This document shows positions 1 through 14,049 of a stretch of DNA of 64,000 nucleotides, in pieces. The notes beneath the pieces are model-generated. The model was not told the origin of the DNA. It did no database searches and worked only from the letters and a program-made list of their open reading frames with translations. The stretch spans positions 186,312,001-186,376,000 of the forward strand of contig NC_086097.1 in the NCBI RefSeq assembly GCF_963921235.1, read 5' to 3'. The position numbers and the translations under genes are program-made. The stretch is from Mobula hypostoma (lineage: Eukaryota). How positions within the stretch are numbered: the first letter of the stretch is position 1; every line of letters starts with the position of its first letter.

Positions 1-100
1 CTCGACTGGTGATGAAACGTCTGCAACCTTATGGCCAAGTTTGGTGAACATCACAACATCAAATGCCTCAACCCAAGCTACCAATATTAAACACTATTCT
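1..100 (+). mobile_element. Penelope-like element terminal fragment, cut by the window edge
   Basis: GACTGGTGATGAAACGTCTGCA...CAACCCAAGCTAC resembles the GAAACGTC-containing terminus of Penelope-like elements. Confidence 0.45.
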
Positions 101-1246
101 AAGTTGCAAATATCTTGCCAGACATTTACTTAGTTGTGTATTTTCAGATAGAAATGATGGCAGACTGTGTATTTGAAGAAATAAAATAAAATTGTCAAAT
201 TTGAGTTATTTTCATGGTTCTCCATTGTTAAGTTTCTGCTAGTGACTGTTAAGGAGCAAGTTGTTTCAGATACATCCTTCCTGTTTACCAGACATCAGAC
301 AAACACAGTGCTACTCATTTAATTATAGCAAAGGAATTGAAATTTTCTGTGAAAAGACTAATGGGGAAGTTTCCACTGAATATTATGGGCTGTGGTTTTC
401 TCCATTATATTATTAAAGCAACATTATAGATCAATGCCTATAAAATTATCTGATTCACATTAAAGGAAAATGAAATGAATGTCAATTTCAAAGTAAAAGA
501 GTGCACAAAAGGTTTTGGTTCCAGTAGAGCCTCTAGAGTGCTATTTCTAACAGTGTGTTTTATGGTTTATAGTACAAACCTAACCTGTGAACCGAATTTG
601 AAGCTGAAAATTTGACTGACAGCTTTTCTGTTAGACAGAACAAAGCACAAATGCCAGTCAGTCACAAAGGCCATTAGGTCAGGTGATCTCAGCTTCAGTC
701 AAACTCCCAGTGGAGAACATGCCATACAATCACCCTGAATTTTATGGAAGGTCTGTACTGAAAGATTGAAAAATAAAACTTACTCCCACCAACAAAAAGA
801 ATTTAATGATTTTCTCAGGCTGAAGGTTGATCTATTAGTGACAGGACACCTGCAACAGAGTGGGCCCACCTGTGACTACGAAATTGATTGGAACCACTGT
901 CATATTTTTCAAGAGGGCTAAGTTTCTGTTTCAGCAGACATGATTTGTACAGATGCTGCTCGTTGGCATCATAAAATGCTATCAGAAATTTTCTGGCATT
1001 TCGAATAAAACATCACAGAAGTGCCAGTAAGTTAATATTGTAAGCATATAATATTTTCAAATTCAGAAGCACTGTACAAATGACATAACCATACCATTTC
1101 CCTTGGTCTCCACATTCAGCCCACCAGCCTATGTTTCCATCACATCTCCCTCAACTATTTCCACCACATGATCCCACCATCTTATCCCCTGTGCCACCAT
1201 TTCAGTTTTTTATGGGGACATTTTCTCTGTGACTCCCCAGTCTGCT

Positions 1247-1378
1247 CATCCCTCCCTCCCTACCTCTCACCATCCCCTGGAACATCCCTCCCTCCCTACC
1301 TCTCACCATCCCCTGGGACATCCCTCCCTTGCTACCTCTCACCATCCCCTGGAACATCCCTCCCTCCCTACCTCTCAC
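1247..1378. repeat. 36-bp minisatellite, ~3.7 copies
   Basis: Unit CATCCCTCCCTCCCTACCTCTCACCATCCCCTGGAA starts at 1247, 1283, 1319 and 1355. Confidence 0.95.
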
Positions 1379-1384
1379 AATTGT

Positions 1385-1575
1385 CCTCTAATCACAGGAC
1401 AATTTACAATGACCAATTAACCTACTAACTAACATTCCTTTGGTCTGTGAGGGGAAACCAGAGCACCTAGGGAACCCCACCTGGTTTACAGGGAGAGCAT
1501 ACAAACCCCTTACAAATGATGCCGGAAACAAGCTCCAAACTATAGAATAGCCAGAGCTGTGATAGTAAACTGTTA
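1385..1575 (-). mobile_element. V-SINE (HE1-like) fragment
   Basis: Reverse complement of the V-domain core (TTTGGTCTGTGAGGGGAAACCAGAGCACCTAGGGAACCCCAC). Confidence 0.7.
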
Positions 1576-1754
1576 CGTAACTGTGGTGTCCAAGATCAAC
1601 CCCAAATCAATAATACTCTAGTACTTCTTGTGATTAGTTTTAACTGCTTATCTCTCTGCTCTGGACTGTCAGACCTGGAGAGTGGTAAACACAGACCAGT
1701 CTACTACAGGCTCATCACTTACTTCCTTCAATCCTTTAAAGTCAATTTCATCAG

Positions 1755-2145
1755 CAAAGCTAACAGTTTTGTCAAGACTTCCTGTTGCCCTGGCCACTCC
1801 TTTTTCTCTCTTCTATCTTCTAGAAGATGCAGGAGCTTAAAATCCTGGATGTCCAGGCTTAAGAACGGCTTCTTCCCCACTGCTCTCAGACTTCTGAACC
1901 AGTCACCTCTTCCTGGTGGTGCTGTCACACTTCGAACACTTAATTCACCTCCTCTGTTATTGTTATTTTAGTATTTCTTTTTGGATGATCTAGGTTTGCA
2001 CTATTCTTTGCACCATTCCATTGGCTTTGCACATTGCTTTATTTATTGTTTTTTTTACTATCAGATACAGTTCATCTGTGAGCTTCAGGCAAGCAAGGGT
2101 ATTTATTTCATCCTAGTGTATGTGACAATAAACTTAACTGAATCT
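1755..2145 (+). mobile_element. Rex1/Babar LINE 3' end, decayed
   Basis: PGHSFFSLLSSRRCRSLKSWMSRLKNGFFPTALRLLN matches the Rex1-type ORF C-terminus; followed by an ACAATAAAC tail. Confidence 0.75.
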
Positions 2146-2578
2146 ATCAGTTTGACATGAACAGAGAACTGTGGCGCACAAGCACAGTGGTATCTTTCCT
2201 GAGCAGAAGTGCCATGGATGACCAGATCAGTTCCTACTAGTGCGGAGATTATGATAGAATTGATCTCTTTTCTGCGGCACCATAGACATGATATCTTGAT
2301 TTTGCTCACACACATCCCCCGATCCATCCAGATCACTTTATACCTAGCAGATCATCATGTATAGAGTTCTGCTCAGATTGTGCAGAAAGCTGACTCCAAG
2401 AAGAACGAAGACAGCAGGGACCAGTCATGTGAGGTCAATTCAGGTTGAAACAATGGAAAGGAAGTTTAGGTGTCTCAGATTATTTTATATTTAACTACTT
2501 AGTCTCCTAGAGAAGACCTAGTTTGCATTAGGATAATTTCATTTAGATCCCTCATACAAATTATTGCTATACCCTGTA

Positions 2579-3118
2579 CTTGCAGTGGTCACTTTATTAG
2601 GTATTGGAGTGGAAGCAATATAGTCTTTTGATGCTGTAGCCTATCTACTTCAAGGTATGACGTGTTGCATGATCAGAGATGCACCTCTGCACATCACTGC
2701 TGTAATGCATGCTATTTGAGATCATGTTACCTTCCTGTCAGCTTGAACCAGCCTGACCATTCTCCTCTGACTTCTCTCATTAACAAGGCATTTGTGCCCA
2801 CAGAACTGCTGCCCAATGGATATTTTTCTTAGTTTTTCACACCATTCTCTATAAACTCTACAGTCTGCTGTGTGTGAAAATCACAGGAGATCAGCAGTTT
2901 CTGAGATACTCAAACCACCCTGCCTGGCACCAACAATCATTCCACAGTCAAAGTCACTTATATCAAATTTCTTCCCCACTGTGATGTTTGGCCTGAACAA
3001 CAACTGAACCTCTTGACAATGTCTGTGTGATTTTATGCATTGAGTTGCTGTCACATGATTGGCTAATTAGATATTTGCATTAATGAGCAGGTGTACCTAA
3101 TAAAATGGCCACTGAGTG
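2579..3118. mobile_element. Non-autonomous Tc1-like DNA transposon
   Basis: Terminal inverted repeats CAGTGGTCACTTTATTAGGTA (left) and TACCTAATAAAATGGCCACTG (right); TA at the left flank. Confidence 0.8.
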
Positions 3119-4167
3119 GATATAGTAATGGGTTGGGACAGAAGTCTGTGTTAGCCAACTGGTCATTGCCTGTCACTCATAAAAGACCTAGAATATTTCA
3201 TTCTATTCTCTTGTTTCTTGTCTGTTAATCATTTTCCATACCGCCCATCTCGTGCTTTAATTTTATGCACAAATATTTTGTGAGACTTATTTTTTAAATC
3301 CAAATATATGATATCAACTGGAATTCAAGTGTATAATTTAACTGAAGGATATTAATTATTTACATTAATAATTCAATTGCTTTGATGCTACTTAAGATTC
3401 CAGTACTGTCATAATGTGCATTAATTTAGTGTAAATGAAGTATTTCATGATGCAGGGGTATTTCATGCTATACGCCATATCATTGTTGCATACCCTTATG
3501 TGCCACACCAAGAGAAGTTGCTAATATCATCTATGCCGTGTGGATGTGTTGAAGCTAAACCTTGGTTGGAGCTTAATATCCAATTTCACCTTCACAAATG
3601 ACAGCTTTCATCATGGCAAACTTTATGCTTGTGAACTACATGGACTCATGCCATAGCTACTAGTTTGTCAAAGCAATGACTGGATACACCCACAAAGTAA
3701 ATAGCTATCTCATGATTCATATCACTTATTTGTTCTGCTCTTGCAAAACTTACCACGGGCACCTCTGAGGTGAGGACCATACAAAACTAGTGCCGAGATG
3801 AGTTGCCGTTATTCTAGTAGTCTGCCTTCATGCAAGGATTGAATGTGACAGGATTAGATGAGAGAGTATGAGTGAACACTGAAGGCTGGAGCAGAAAAGT
3901 GCTGTTTTGCTTTGATCAGATCCAATTGTTGTGTGCTGAGTGAAACACAATGCTTCCACCTCAGGTATTTCCTCAGTTGTTACCAAGTGTGCAGCTTGAA
4001 CTGTAATAGTTTAAAATGTGCCTCAGTTGGCGTCTCATGAATTGTAGATGTCTCTGGATTATAGACTTGTTTGGTGGTCTTAAAGGCTGTGGACTACACT
4101 GGCTGGAAGTTTTAGGCCATCTATGGATTTCTCACACACTGAATGCTGGTCTGATCAATATGTATCA

Positions 4168-6600
4168 CCAACAAGGGAAAATCTGCAGATGCTGAAATCC
4201 AAGTAACGCACGCAAATTGCAGGAGGATCAGTTGACATTTCAGACTGAGACCCTTCAGCAAGACTGGAGAAAAAAAGATGAGGAGTCAGGGTTAGAGGGT
4301 GGGGGAAGAGAGGGAGAAACACAAGATGACAGGTGAAACTGAAGGAGGGAGAGGGGTGAAGTAATGAGTTAGGAAGTTGATTGGTGAAAAAGGTACAGGG
4401 CTGGAGAAATGGGAATCTAATAGGAGAGGGTAGAAGACCATGGAAGAAAGAAAAAGGGGGAGGAGCACCTGAAGGAGTTGATGGGCAGGCAAAGAAATAA
4501 GGTGAGAGAGGGAAAAGGGAATGGGGAATAGACAGGGAGGGGGACATTACTGGAAGTTCAAGAAATTGATGTTCATGCCATCTGGTTGGAGGCTACCCAG
4601 ACGGAATACAAGATTTTGTCCCTTCAGCCTGAGTGTGGCCTCTTCATGACAGTAGAGGAGGCCATGGATGGACATGCTGGAATAGGAACGGGAAGTGGGA
4701 TTAAAATGGGTGGCTACTGGGAGATCCTGCTTTTTCTGGCAGACGGAGTGCAGGTGCTCGGCGAAGCAGTCTCCCAATCTACATCAAGTCTCACCGATAT
4801 ACAAGAGACCACATGGGGAGCATCAGATACAGTACCTGACCCCAACAGACTCACAGGTGAAGTGTCGCCTCACCTGGAAGGACTGTTTGGGGCCCTGAAT
4901 AGTAGTGAGGGAGGAAATGGAGGAGCAAGGTGTAGCACTTGTGGTGCTTACAAAGCTAAGTGCCAGGAGGGAGATCAGTGGGGAGAGATCAATGGACAAG
5001 GGAGTCGCGTAGAAAGCAATTCCTGCAGAAAGCAGAAAGTGAGGGGGAAGGAAAGATGTGCTTGGTGGTGGGATCCTATTGGAAATGGTGCAAGTTACAG
5101 AGAATTATGTGCTGGATATGGGGGCTGGTGGGGTGGTAGGTGAGAACAAGAAGAACCCTATCCCTGGTGGGGTGGTGGAAAGATGGAGTGAGGGCAGACG
5201 TGCGCAAAATGGAAGAGCTGCAGTTAAGGGCAGCATTGATAGTGGAGGAAGGGGAACTCCTTTCTTTGAATAAGGAAGGCTTCTTCAAGCTAGAATGAAA
5301 AGCCTCATCCTGAGAGCAGATGCAGTGTAGATGGAGAAATTGAGAGAAGGGGATGGCATTTTTACAGGTAACAGGGTGGAAAAAGGTATAGTCTGGGTAG
5401 TTGTGAGATTCATTGGGTTTGTAATAGACATCAGAAGATAAGCTGTCTCCCGAGATAGAGACAGAAGATTGAGAAAGGAGAGGGACATGTTGGAAATGTA
5501 CCAGGTAAATTTGAGAGCAGGGTGGAAGTTGGAGGCAAAGTTGATGAAGTTGACTAGCTTGGGATGGGTACAAGAAGCAGTACCAATGCGGTCATTGATG
5601 TAGTGTAGGAAAAGTGTGGGACTGTCACCTGTATAGGCTTGGAACGTAGACTGTTCATGTACCGACAAACTGGGACCATGATGCATTTTGTTTGAAGGAA
5701 GTGGGAGGAGCCAAACGAGAAATTATTGAGAGTGAGGACAAGTTCCACTAAATGGAGGAGAGTGGTGATGGAAGGGAAATGGTTAGGTCTGGTGTCCAGA
5801 AACAAACGGAGAGCTTTGAGACCTTCCTGGTGGGGGATGGAGGTGTATAGGGACTGGACATCCATAGTAAAAATAAGCTGATGGGGGCTAGGGAACTTGA
5901 GCGTGATGAAGAGCATATGAGGTGTTATGGACATAGGCAGGAAGGGACTGAACTAGGGGGGATGAAACAGAGTTGAGTAAGCCGATATGAGTTCAGTGGG
6001 GCAGGAACAAGCTGAAATAATGGGTCGACCTGGACAAGTGGGTTTGTGGATCTTGACTAGGAGGTAGAAATGGGAAGTGCGGGGTGAGGAAACTATGAGG
6101 TTGGTGGCTGTGGATGGGCGGACCCCAGAGCTAGTAGGATCAGTGGGAGACCATGGCCTGGAGTTCCTTAGTGGGATCCTGTTCGAGGGGTAAGTAAGAG
6201 AAGGTGTCTGACATTTGGGCCTCAGAGGTCAGTCTGCCAGACTACTACAGCACCTCACTTATCTGCAAGTTTGTTGGTGAGGTTAGAATTAGTGTAGAGG
6301 GAGTGAAGAGCAGAGCGTTAGGAAGGAGTGAAGTTGAAATTGGAGAGAGGTGTGGTGAAGTCAAGATGGTTAATGTATCATCAGCAGCTGGCAATGAAAA
6401 GATCCAGAGCAGGGTGTCCAAGAAGGGGAAGATGTTTGAAGAGGGGAGAAAGTTGGTCATCGGTGCGGAGAGGAGGTTTGTTCCCAAAGAAGTAGGCATG
6501 GAGACAGAGGCGGCAGAAGAAAAGCTCAGCAACATGGCGGATGTGGAACTCACTGAGGTGTGGGGCATAGGGGGACAAAGGTAAGGCCCTTACTGATCAC
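4168..6600 (-). mobile_element. Penelope-like retroelement (RT + GIY-YIG), frameshifted
   Basis: ORF pieces LIFTMDVQSLYTSIPHQEG, LHYINDRIG, KNAIPFSQFL and LGSLQPDGMNINF. Confidence 0.9.
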
Positions 6601-6864
6601 AGAACGTTCTGTACATATCACTCACTGCTGTGCAGCCGTCCAAAGTTTACACTTGCAAATTGAGGTTTATCCAAGAAAAGATGTTTTGTGCAAAGTTCAT
6701 TGTTGCTTAAGCAAGGATCCACTCACTAGGAAGTACAGGCAATTTGTATTTAGTTTTTTAGGTTATGGGGTCAGGAAATCATTAATTGAAGCATTATATT
6801 CCATGCAGGTGGGCCTTCACAGCAGGATATTTGTTTGCTGTCTGTCCTCTCCTGGCTGATCATT

Positions 6865-7263
6865 GGGTAATGGTGGTGTAGTGATGCAGATATCAAAGCT
6901 TCTGTCTCACAGCCCCAGCGACCAAGATTCAATCCTAATTCCGAGATATGTCTGTGCAAAGTCTGATCTTCTCCCTGTGACTGTGTGGGTGGCTTCCTGG
7001 TGCTCTGGTTTCCTTTCACGTCCTGAAAGTGTGTGGGCTGGTGGGTTAAGTAGTCTCTGTAAATTGCTTTGTAAATTGTCTAGGTGAATATTATAATTTG
7101 TTTGTGGACTGGGTGGAGATGGAGGGGGAGTTGAAGGGAATATGGAAAGGATAGAGTGTGTTAGGGTAGGACTGGTGTAAATAGGAGGCTGATTGTTGCT
7201 GCAGGCTCAGTGAGCCAAATGGCCTGTTTCCATGATGTATCTCGCCATTACTCTCTGACTCTA
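6865..7263 (+). mobile_element. V-SINE (HE1-like) with CR1-derived 3' tail
   Basis: tRNA-like head, V-domain (TCTCCCTGTGACTGTGTGGGTGGCTTCCTGGTGCTCTGGTTTCC) and tail GAGCCAAATGGCCTGTTTCCATG. Confidence 0.75.
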
Positions 7264-7949
7264 GAGCTGATGTACTACATTGATGCTAAGACTTGTGGTG
7301 TGGAAAGGGCTACTTGGTTTGCATTGGGTGATTTTATTATGCAGTCCCTTAATGAAAATCATCTATGTGTTAGAGAATCCTTTATGTTAATTGGGACACT
7401 ACCTTCACACAGTGCAGAACTGAGGTTGTGACAGCAACCTACTATATAAAAAGCAGGAAATGCTGGGAACATTCTGTATGTCAGCCAGAAACGGTAGAAA
7501 GAGTAAAGGAATTAACATTTCAGTCTTGAAATGAAATGAAGTGAAATGAAATATCTTTATTGTCATTGCATAGTACAATTTGTCGTGCACCAATACAGCG
7601 AAAATGAGTTTGCAACTCTCGTACTCAATGTTATAAAACAACAAATAAAATAAATAAACTATAAATAAAATCAAGTAACCAGCCAGTACAAGCAATGTCC
7701 AGCAGTACAAAAGCGCAGCTCAGGTGCATGACAGCCATAAAACCAGTATTAAAGTAGCAATATAACAATTTATGGATGATGCTTGATCGATTGGTTCAGA
7801 GCAATTATAGCTCTGGGGAAAATGCTATGATACTTGGGACCCTATTTCACATTTCTAGCATATGCAGATTTTTGATTTTCATCTCCAGGATCGTTCATCC
7901 CAGGGATCTTCTCCCTTCAGCTCTTGCTAGCTTCTATAGGATACAATAC

Positions 7950-8450
7950 AGAGCACAGAAGTCTTTACATCTGCTTGGAGTGTATGTCAGGAAACCCACG
8001 AGATAAATGCTGATAATAAAATCTCTTCTTATGAGATTTTCCACTAAACTCCTGATGTTGTGTGGCCTTCCTCCAGAGTTCATCCATCCAGGAAACAATG
8101 GCCATTGAAAATGTCCAGTAGGTTGGACTCACTCAGGATAAAAGCATCAAATGCACTACTTGACGGCATAGAATTCACCATGAGGAATTCATTTTCGAGA
8201 TCCAACAGCCTAATAAGGAAGTGGAACTTTGCCTGTTCATAATAGACTGTCAGTAATTAGGAAGAAGGCTGTATGGGCCCATGAGTGCAGTCAGCAGCTG
8301 CCTCCATTGGTGGGATGCCAGCAATACTGACACTCCCGGTACCTGGGTTGTCACCTGTTCCTTGCATGGTGCATGACCTCATTTCTTTGTGAATACATGG
8401 CCTGATGACTTCTCGGATTCGGTGTTGAGCAGCAAAATGGAAGACATATC
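7950..8450 (-). mobile_element. Decayed PIF/Harbinger (DDE_Tnp_4) transposase relic
   Basis: Manual minus-strand translation gives AAQHRIREV, IAGIPPMEAAADCTHGPIQP and SSAFDAFILSESNL, matching Harbinger motifs AGFP..GAIDCTH and GS.HDAFIL..S. Confidence 0.65.
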
Positions 8451-9884
8451 AATTATCAGATTATCAGCTCTTTTTTCTATAATTATCAGTTCATTCTGAA
8501 ATTTGTTCTGAATATTTTCAACAGCAAGAATTGTACAATCTTACCTCTGTGATGACAAAGGTGAAGCCAGATACCACTTTGATAATGTGGCTTTGATTAA
8601 GGTTTAATAGAAAATGTTCAGTAACTACAGGAATCTTTGTGAACATTTATTATTGTCTCTGTTATTAGTTTCTCATCATTGTTGCAATAATGCTAACATG
8701 ATTTGTCAATTGTGGATAGTCAATCTGCTGCATTAATCAGCTACATGTGATATTCTTTTCTTATGTAGTTTAACCATTGCATTTTGGTATATTTAGATAC
8801 ATCAGCACTGATCATTTTGAATTTTCTTTGGGTAATAGTACTTTTTGCATACAGTATGCTAGGATGCTGATAGTCCTGTACCTTATGAGTATAATATACA
8901 ACCAGAACAACATAAAACGGGAATGGATTTGGAGAGTATCATCGTACAGGCATAAGCCCTTCCACCTTCAACAGCAAAGCATCCTGGTCATACCTTTTTG
9001 GAAAACTTTAGGTGTCTTTTGGATCTGATAATTTCTCTTCCCCTGCAATATAGCTGGCTGTCCCTTGAGGGACTGTTTAGAGACAGCCCAGGATTACATT
9101 TATAAGAAATTTCGGCTGGATCAATGAGGAGGTTATAAACACCAACAATCAGAGATCTTGTCATTCTTCCTGGTCCTGCTGAGTAGCAGATGTCAAATTC
9201 AGAAAGTGAACCATCCTGTATACTGGGAATCTGTGCTTGAAGGAAACAGAGACCAGAAACTGACAGGTGCAATGTGAGTATGGGGTCTGGGGATACAGGG
9301 AGCAGGGATGATGAATAATATGCCTCTGAACATGGCTTCCATGCTGGTAAGATGAGATAAATGCATTCTGAAATCTCTTCAGGCTTTTCAGTCATTTCCA
9401 AGCTGCATATCATTTTTCACATGACATTCCACAGAGGTTGCTGTACAGATTTACTAGCCAGGGGCTCAACAGATAAGAATAAGAAACATTGGCAGATTTT
9501 CTTTCAGCTGCATTAGGAATAGTGAACACAGTTGTGGGTATCTGTATTATTATCTTTACTGATACACTAAAACTAGGATGGAGCCCAGTGCTTCTCTTGT
9601 TTGCTGGGAGTGGCAGCATATATTGTGGGCTATTTAATCAGTGAGCTTCAAAATGGCTCAGTCAAAAGCCCTTTGCAACTTTTGCTACTTTAAGCTTCAT
9701 GATGACAGGTGAAGCTGTTGCTACAAAATAATAAATCATTTACTGATCTCTATCAGTAATTAACTTTAAAAAAGCACAGAAAGTAGCAAGAGCACGAGAT
9801 GTGCAAAACTTTATTGTCTATCACTAAACATAGCTTGCCCCAACATTGACTGATCTGTAAAGAGTCCTGAAGAATATTGTTGGC

Positions 9885-11086
9885 AAACATTGATGAAGGA
9901 AGAGCAGTAGATGTAGTGTATATGGATTTCAGCAAGGCATTTGATAAGGTAACCCATGTAAGGCTTATTGAGAAAGTAAGGAGGCATGGGATCCAAGGTG
10001 ATCTTGCTTTGTGAATCCAGAACTGGCTTGCCCACAGAAGGCGAAGAGTGGTTGTAGATGGGTCATATTCTGCATGGAGGGTGGTGACCAGTGGAGTGCC
10101 TCAGGGATCTGTTCTGGGACCCCTACTCTTTGTGACTTTTATAAATTACCTGGATGAGGAAGTGGAGGGATGGGTTAGTAAATTTGCGGATGCCACAAGT
10201 GTTGGGGGTGTTGTGGATAGTGTGGAGGGCTGTTAGAAGTTACAGCGGGACATTGATTGGATGCAAAACTGGGCTGAGAAGTGGCAGATGGAGTTCAACC
10301 CAGATAAGTGTGAGGTGGTTCATTTTGGTAGGTCCAATTTGATGGCAGAATATGGTATTAATGGTAAGACTCTTGGCAGTACAGAGGATCAGAGGGATCT
10401 TGGGGTCCAAGTCCATGGGTTATTCAAAGCTGCTGCTCAGGTTGACTCTGTGGTTAAGAAGGCATATAATCAATCTTGGGATTGAGTTTAGGAGCGGAGT
10501 GGTAATGTTGCAGCTGTATAGGACCCTGGTCAGACCCCACTTGAAGTACTGTGCTCAGTTCAGATTGCCTCACTACTGGAAGGATGTGGAAACCATAGAA
10601 AGGGTGCAGAGGAGATTTACAAGGATGTTGCCTGGATTGGTGAACATGCCTTATGAGAATAGGTTGAGTGAACTCGGCCTTTTCTCCTTGGAACAACGGA
10701 GGATGAGAGGTGACCCAATAGAGGCATATAAGATGATAAGAGGCATTGATTGTGTGGATAGGCAGAGGTTTTTTTCCCAGGGCTGAAATGGCTAGTACGA
10801 GAGGGCACAGTTTTAAGGTGCTTGGAAGTAGGTACAGAGGAGATGTCAGGGGTAAGATTTTTATGCAGAAAGTGGTGAGTGCGTGGAATTGGCTGCCAGC
10901 AGCAGTGGTGGAGGCGGATACAATAAGGTCTTTTAAGAGACTCCTGGATAGGTACATGGAGCTTAGAAAAATAGAGGGCTATGGGTAACCCTAGGTAATT
11001 TCTAAGGTAAGTACATGTTCGGCAGAGCTTTGTGGGCTGAAGGGCCTGTTCTGTGCAGTAGGTTTTCTATGTTTCTATGTTTCTAT
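9885..11086 (+). mobile_element. CR1 LINE, 5'-truncated, with stops and frameshifts
   Basis: DFSKAFDKV, GVPQGSVLGP, KFADAT, LVRPHL.YCAQF; (TTTCTATG)n tail. Confidence 0.95.
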
Positions 11087-11194
11087 ATAATGCAAAATGA
11101 CTGGATACAAAACATTGTTACAGTTGCAGACAAAGCACAGTACAGGTGACAATAAAAAAAGTTCTAGGTAAATTTATAAATTACATCAATGTCA

Positions 11195-11620
11195 GCAACA
11201 CACACAAAATGCTGGAGTAACTCAGCAGGCCCGGCAGCATCTAGGAAAAGAGTGCAGTTTCCGTTTCAGGCCTGGTCCTGCAGAAGGGTTTCACAATAGA
11301 ATCAGTGAAAGACCACCCGCAACAGGATGGACAAACCATCAAAATGCATGAGACAATATTGTGCAAGGTGGGATAAAGTCAGAATGTATTAAAACTAAGT
11401 CCATGTGGTGTTATGGACAATCAGTAGAATTTTACATCATTGAAGTCTGTAAACTCATGGCCCAATATGAATCTTACTCTGATCACAAGAGATTCTGCAA
11501 ATGTTGGAAATCTACAGTAACAGGCACGTAAAAATGCTGGAGGAACTCAGTAGGTCAGGCAGCATCTATGGAGGGGAATAACAAACCGATGTTTTGGACT
11601 GAGAGTTTTTATCAGGACTT
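11195..11620 (-). mobile_element. Two short Penelope terminal fragments
   Basis: ACACAAAATGCTGGAG.AACTCAG.AGG...GGCAGCATCT motifs at ~11200 and ~11530. Confidence 0.7.
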
Positions 11621-12882
11621 TTCTTTTACAGTCAAGCCACAGATCATTAATGTTTGCAGCAGGGCACGATGGTGGCAGAGGAGAATATATTTTAAGAGGA
11701 GATGCCTACCCGGAAAAGTCAGCAGTGGATGTCTCTGTCGTTGCTTCAACCTCTATTGCATTTAAATGAAATTATTTCAGCAAAATATGATCCAAATCCT
11801 GGCATATCATCACACAAACAAATAATGCAAATGTTAATTGACAATGATCACGACTTACAATGGAAAATTAATCCAGTTCATCGTTTTTTTTTAAAGAATA
11901 TCTTATTTACCGTAAAAGGATCAATGCTTCTAATCTTACTGTCAGTAACTGAACAGAGCTGCAGGAAAGTTATATAGAGACAATATTAGGTGGTTCGACC
12001 TAATGATAATGTAGAAGAAAACATGCAAACCATTTCAGGGGAACCAAGATGCTGAACAATTGAAATGAACTGTCAGATATAATACTCACGGTAACACTGA
12101 GAGAAAACAGAATAAAGGAATTTGTACAAGAAACGATATGCAAATTCTAATGAGAATCCAGGACGGAGCAGTGATGGCAACAGAAAACTATAATATGTAG
12201 GAGAGACAATACTTGCGCTGATAATGAATTTAAGTCAAAAAAGGCACACGTCCTAGGATCAATATTTAAATACCAATGAAATTTAGTGTGGAGAAGAAGT
12301 AGCAGGGGCAATGTTAACATGAGGGAGGAAGAAAACAAAAGTTATAGAGGTGGTATGATAATATGGAAGAGGCAAGAAAGAACAGCTGATGGAGAATGAA
12401 ATTGACATGGCAAAATGAGCCATCCAAGGTTTAAAAGGAAGCTTGCTAAGTATGAAAACAGTGAGTAACTAATTTTACTGAACATCTTTAAGGTTTTCAG
12501 TATGATATTTTCCAGGAGTTTAACTGTAAATGTTCTGAAGATTTTGATGGTGTTACAATTGAGCAATAATTAAAACTATTGTGTCATGTTCAATTCATGA
12601 ATAGCAGAATAAATAATTCAACCATCAGAGTCTGATTTATTATCTCTGATACAGAATGTGAAATTTATTGTTTTGAGGCAGCAGGACTGTTCAAGTACAA
12701 AACTAAATAAATTGTGCATAAAAAGGTAATAATGAGCATTTCATTAATTACCTTCTCTTCTTTATCAGCAGAGTGAAAGAATATTTGTTAGTAGCACGAT
12801 CTATCAATGACTAACCACCAACAATGTACTTGCACTGTTGTGGGCATTTCTATGGCACTGCCCAGTCTCAGGTTTTGTGCTT

Positions 12883-13835
12883 AGACCATTAGACCATAGG
12901 ACATAGGGGCAGAATTAGGCCATTTTACCCGTTGAGTTTGCTCTGCCATTCCAGCAGATTTATTATCCCTCTCAACCCCAATTTACTGCCTTCTCCCAAT
13001 AACCTATGATACCCTTACCAATCAAGAAACTTACAGTCTCCACTTTAAATACACCCAATGACTTGGCCAAAATAGCCACCTTTAAGAATGATTCCACAGA
13101 TCACCACACTCCAGTTTAAGAAATTCTTTCTCATTTTTGTTGTAAAGGGATGTGCCCACATTCTGATCTTTTGCGCCCCCCCCCCCCGGTCCTAGACTCC
13201 CCCACTATAGGAAACCACTCTATCTAGGCCTTTCAATACTCAACATGTTTCAATGAGATTCTCCATCATTCTTCTAAACTCAAGTGAGTACAGGCCCAGA
13301 GCCATCAAATGCTTCTCATATATTAACTCTTTAATTCCCAGAATTAATCTCAAACTCCTCTCAACCTTCTCCTGTGTCAGCACATCTTTTCTTAGAGAAG
13401 GGGCCCAGAACTGCTCAGGATACTCCAAGTGTGGTCTGACCAATGCCTTATAAAGGCTCTGCATCACATTCTTGCTTTTATATTCTAGTCCTCTTGAAAT
13501 GAATGCTACCATTGCATTTGCCTTCCTTACCATCGACTCAACCTGCAAGTTAATCTTTAGGGAATCCTACACGAAGGTTCTATTGTCCCTTTGTAATTTG
13601 AATTTTTCACCCATTTAGAGAATAGTCTATGCCTTCATTCCTTCTACCAAGGTACATGACCGTACACTTCCTGACACTATATTCTATCTGCCACATCTTT
13701 GCCCATTTTCCTAATCTGTCTAGATCCTTCTGCAGACTCTCTATTTCCTCAACAGCACCCGCCCCTCCACCTATCTAAACCATGGCCACAAAGCCATCAA
13801 TTCCATCATCTAAATCATTGACATAAGCGTGAAAA
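12883..13835 (-). mobile_element. CR1 LINE 3' portion, decayed
   Basis: ORF RKANAMVAFISRGLEYKSK...LVRPHLEY; CR1 3' UTR and tail at ~12885. Confidence 0.9.
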
Positions 13836-14049
13836 AAGAACAACAAGTATGTCAGGAGAGAACATCACTAAGATAGTAAGCCTCCTAAGTGAACTTTACT
13901 AGACGTTCACATACAGTGGCCACATAAAAGTCCACTGTAGTTTGAGTCAGAGACAGAGTAAAGTAGAAGACAAATGTGTTAACAAGTGGAGAGAGCTTGC
14001 AATTACAATTATAAATACAAAACTGTAACCAGTGGCATCATGTTGTCAC

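Noticed and set aside
1168..1428. Pro/Ser-rich ORFs
   Set aside because: By-product of the 36-bp minisatellite
8988..9413. 141-aa ORF as a host exon or Harbinger Myb partner
   Set aside because: No recognisable motif or convincing splice context
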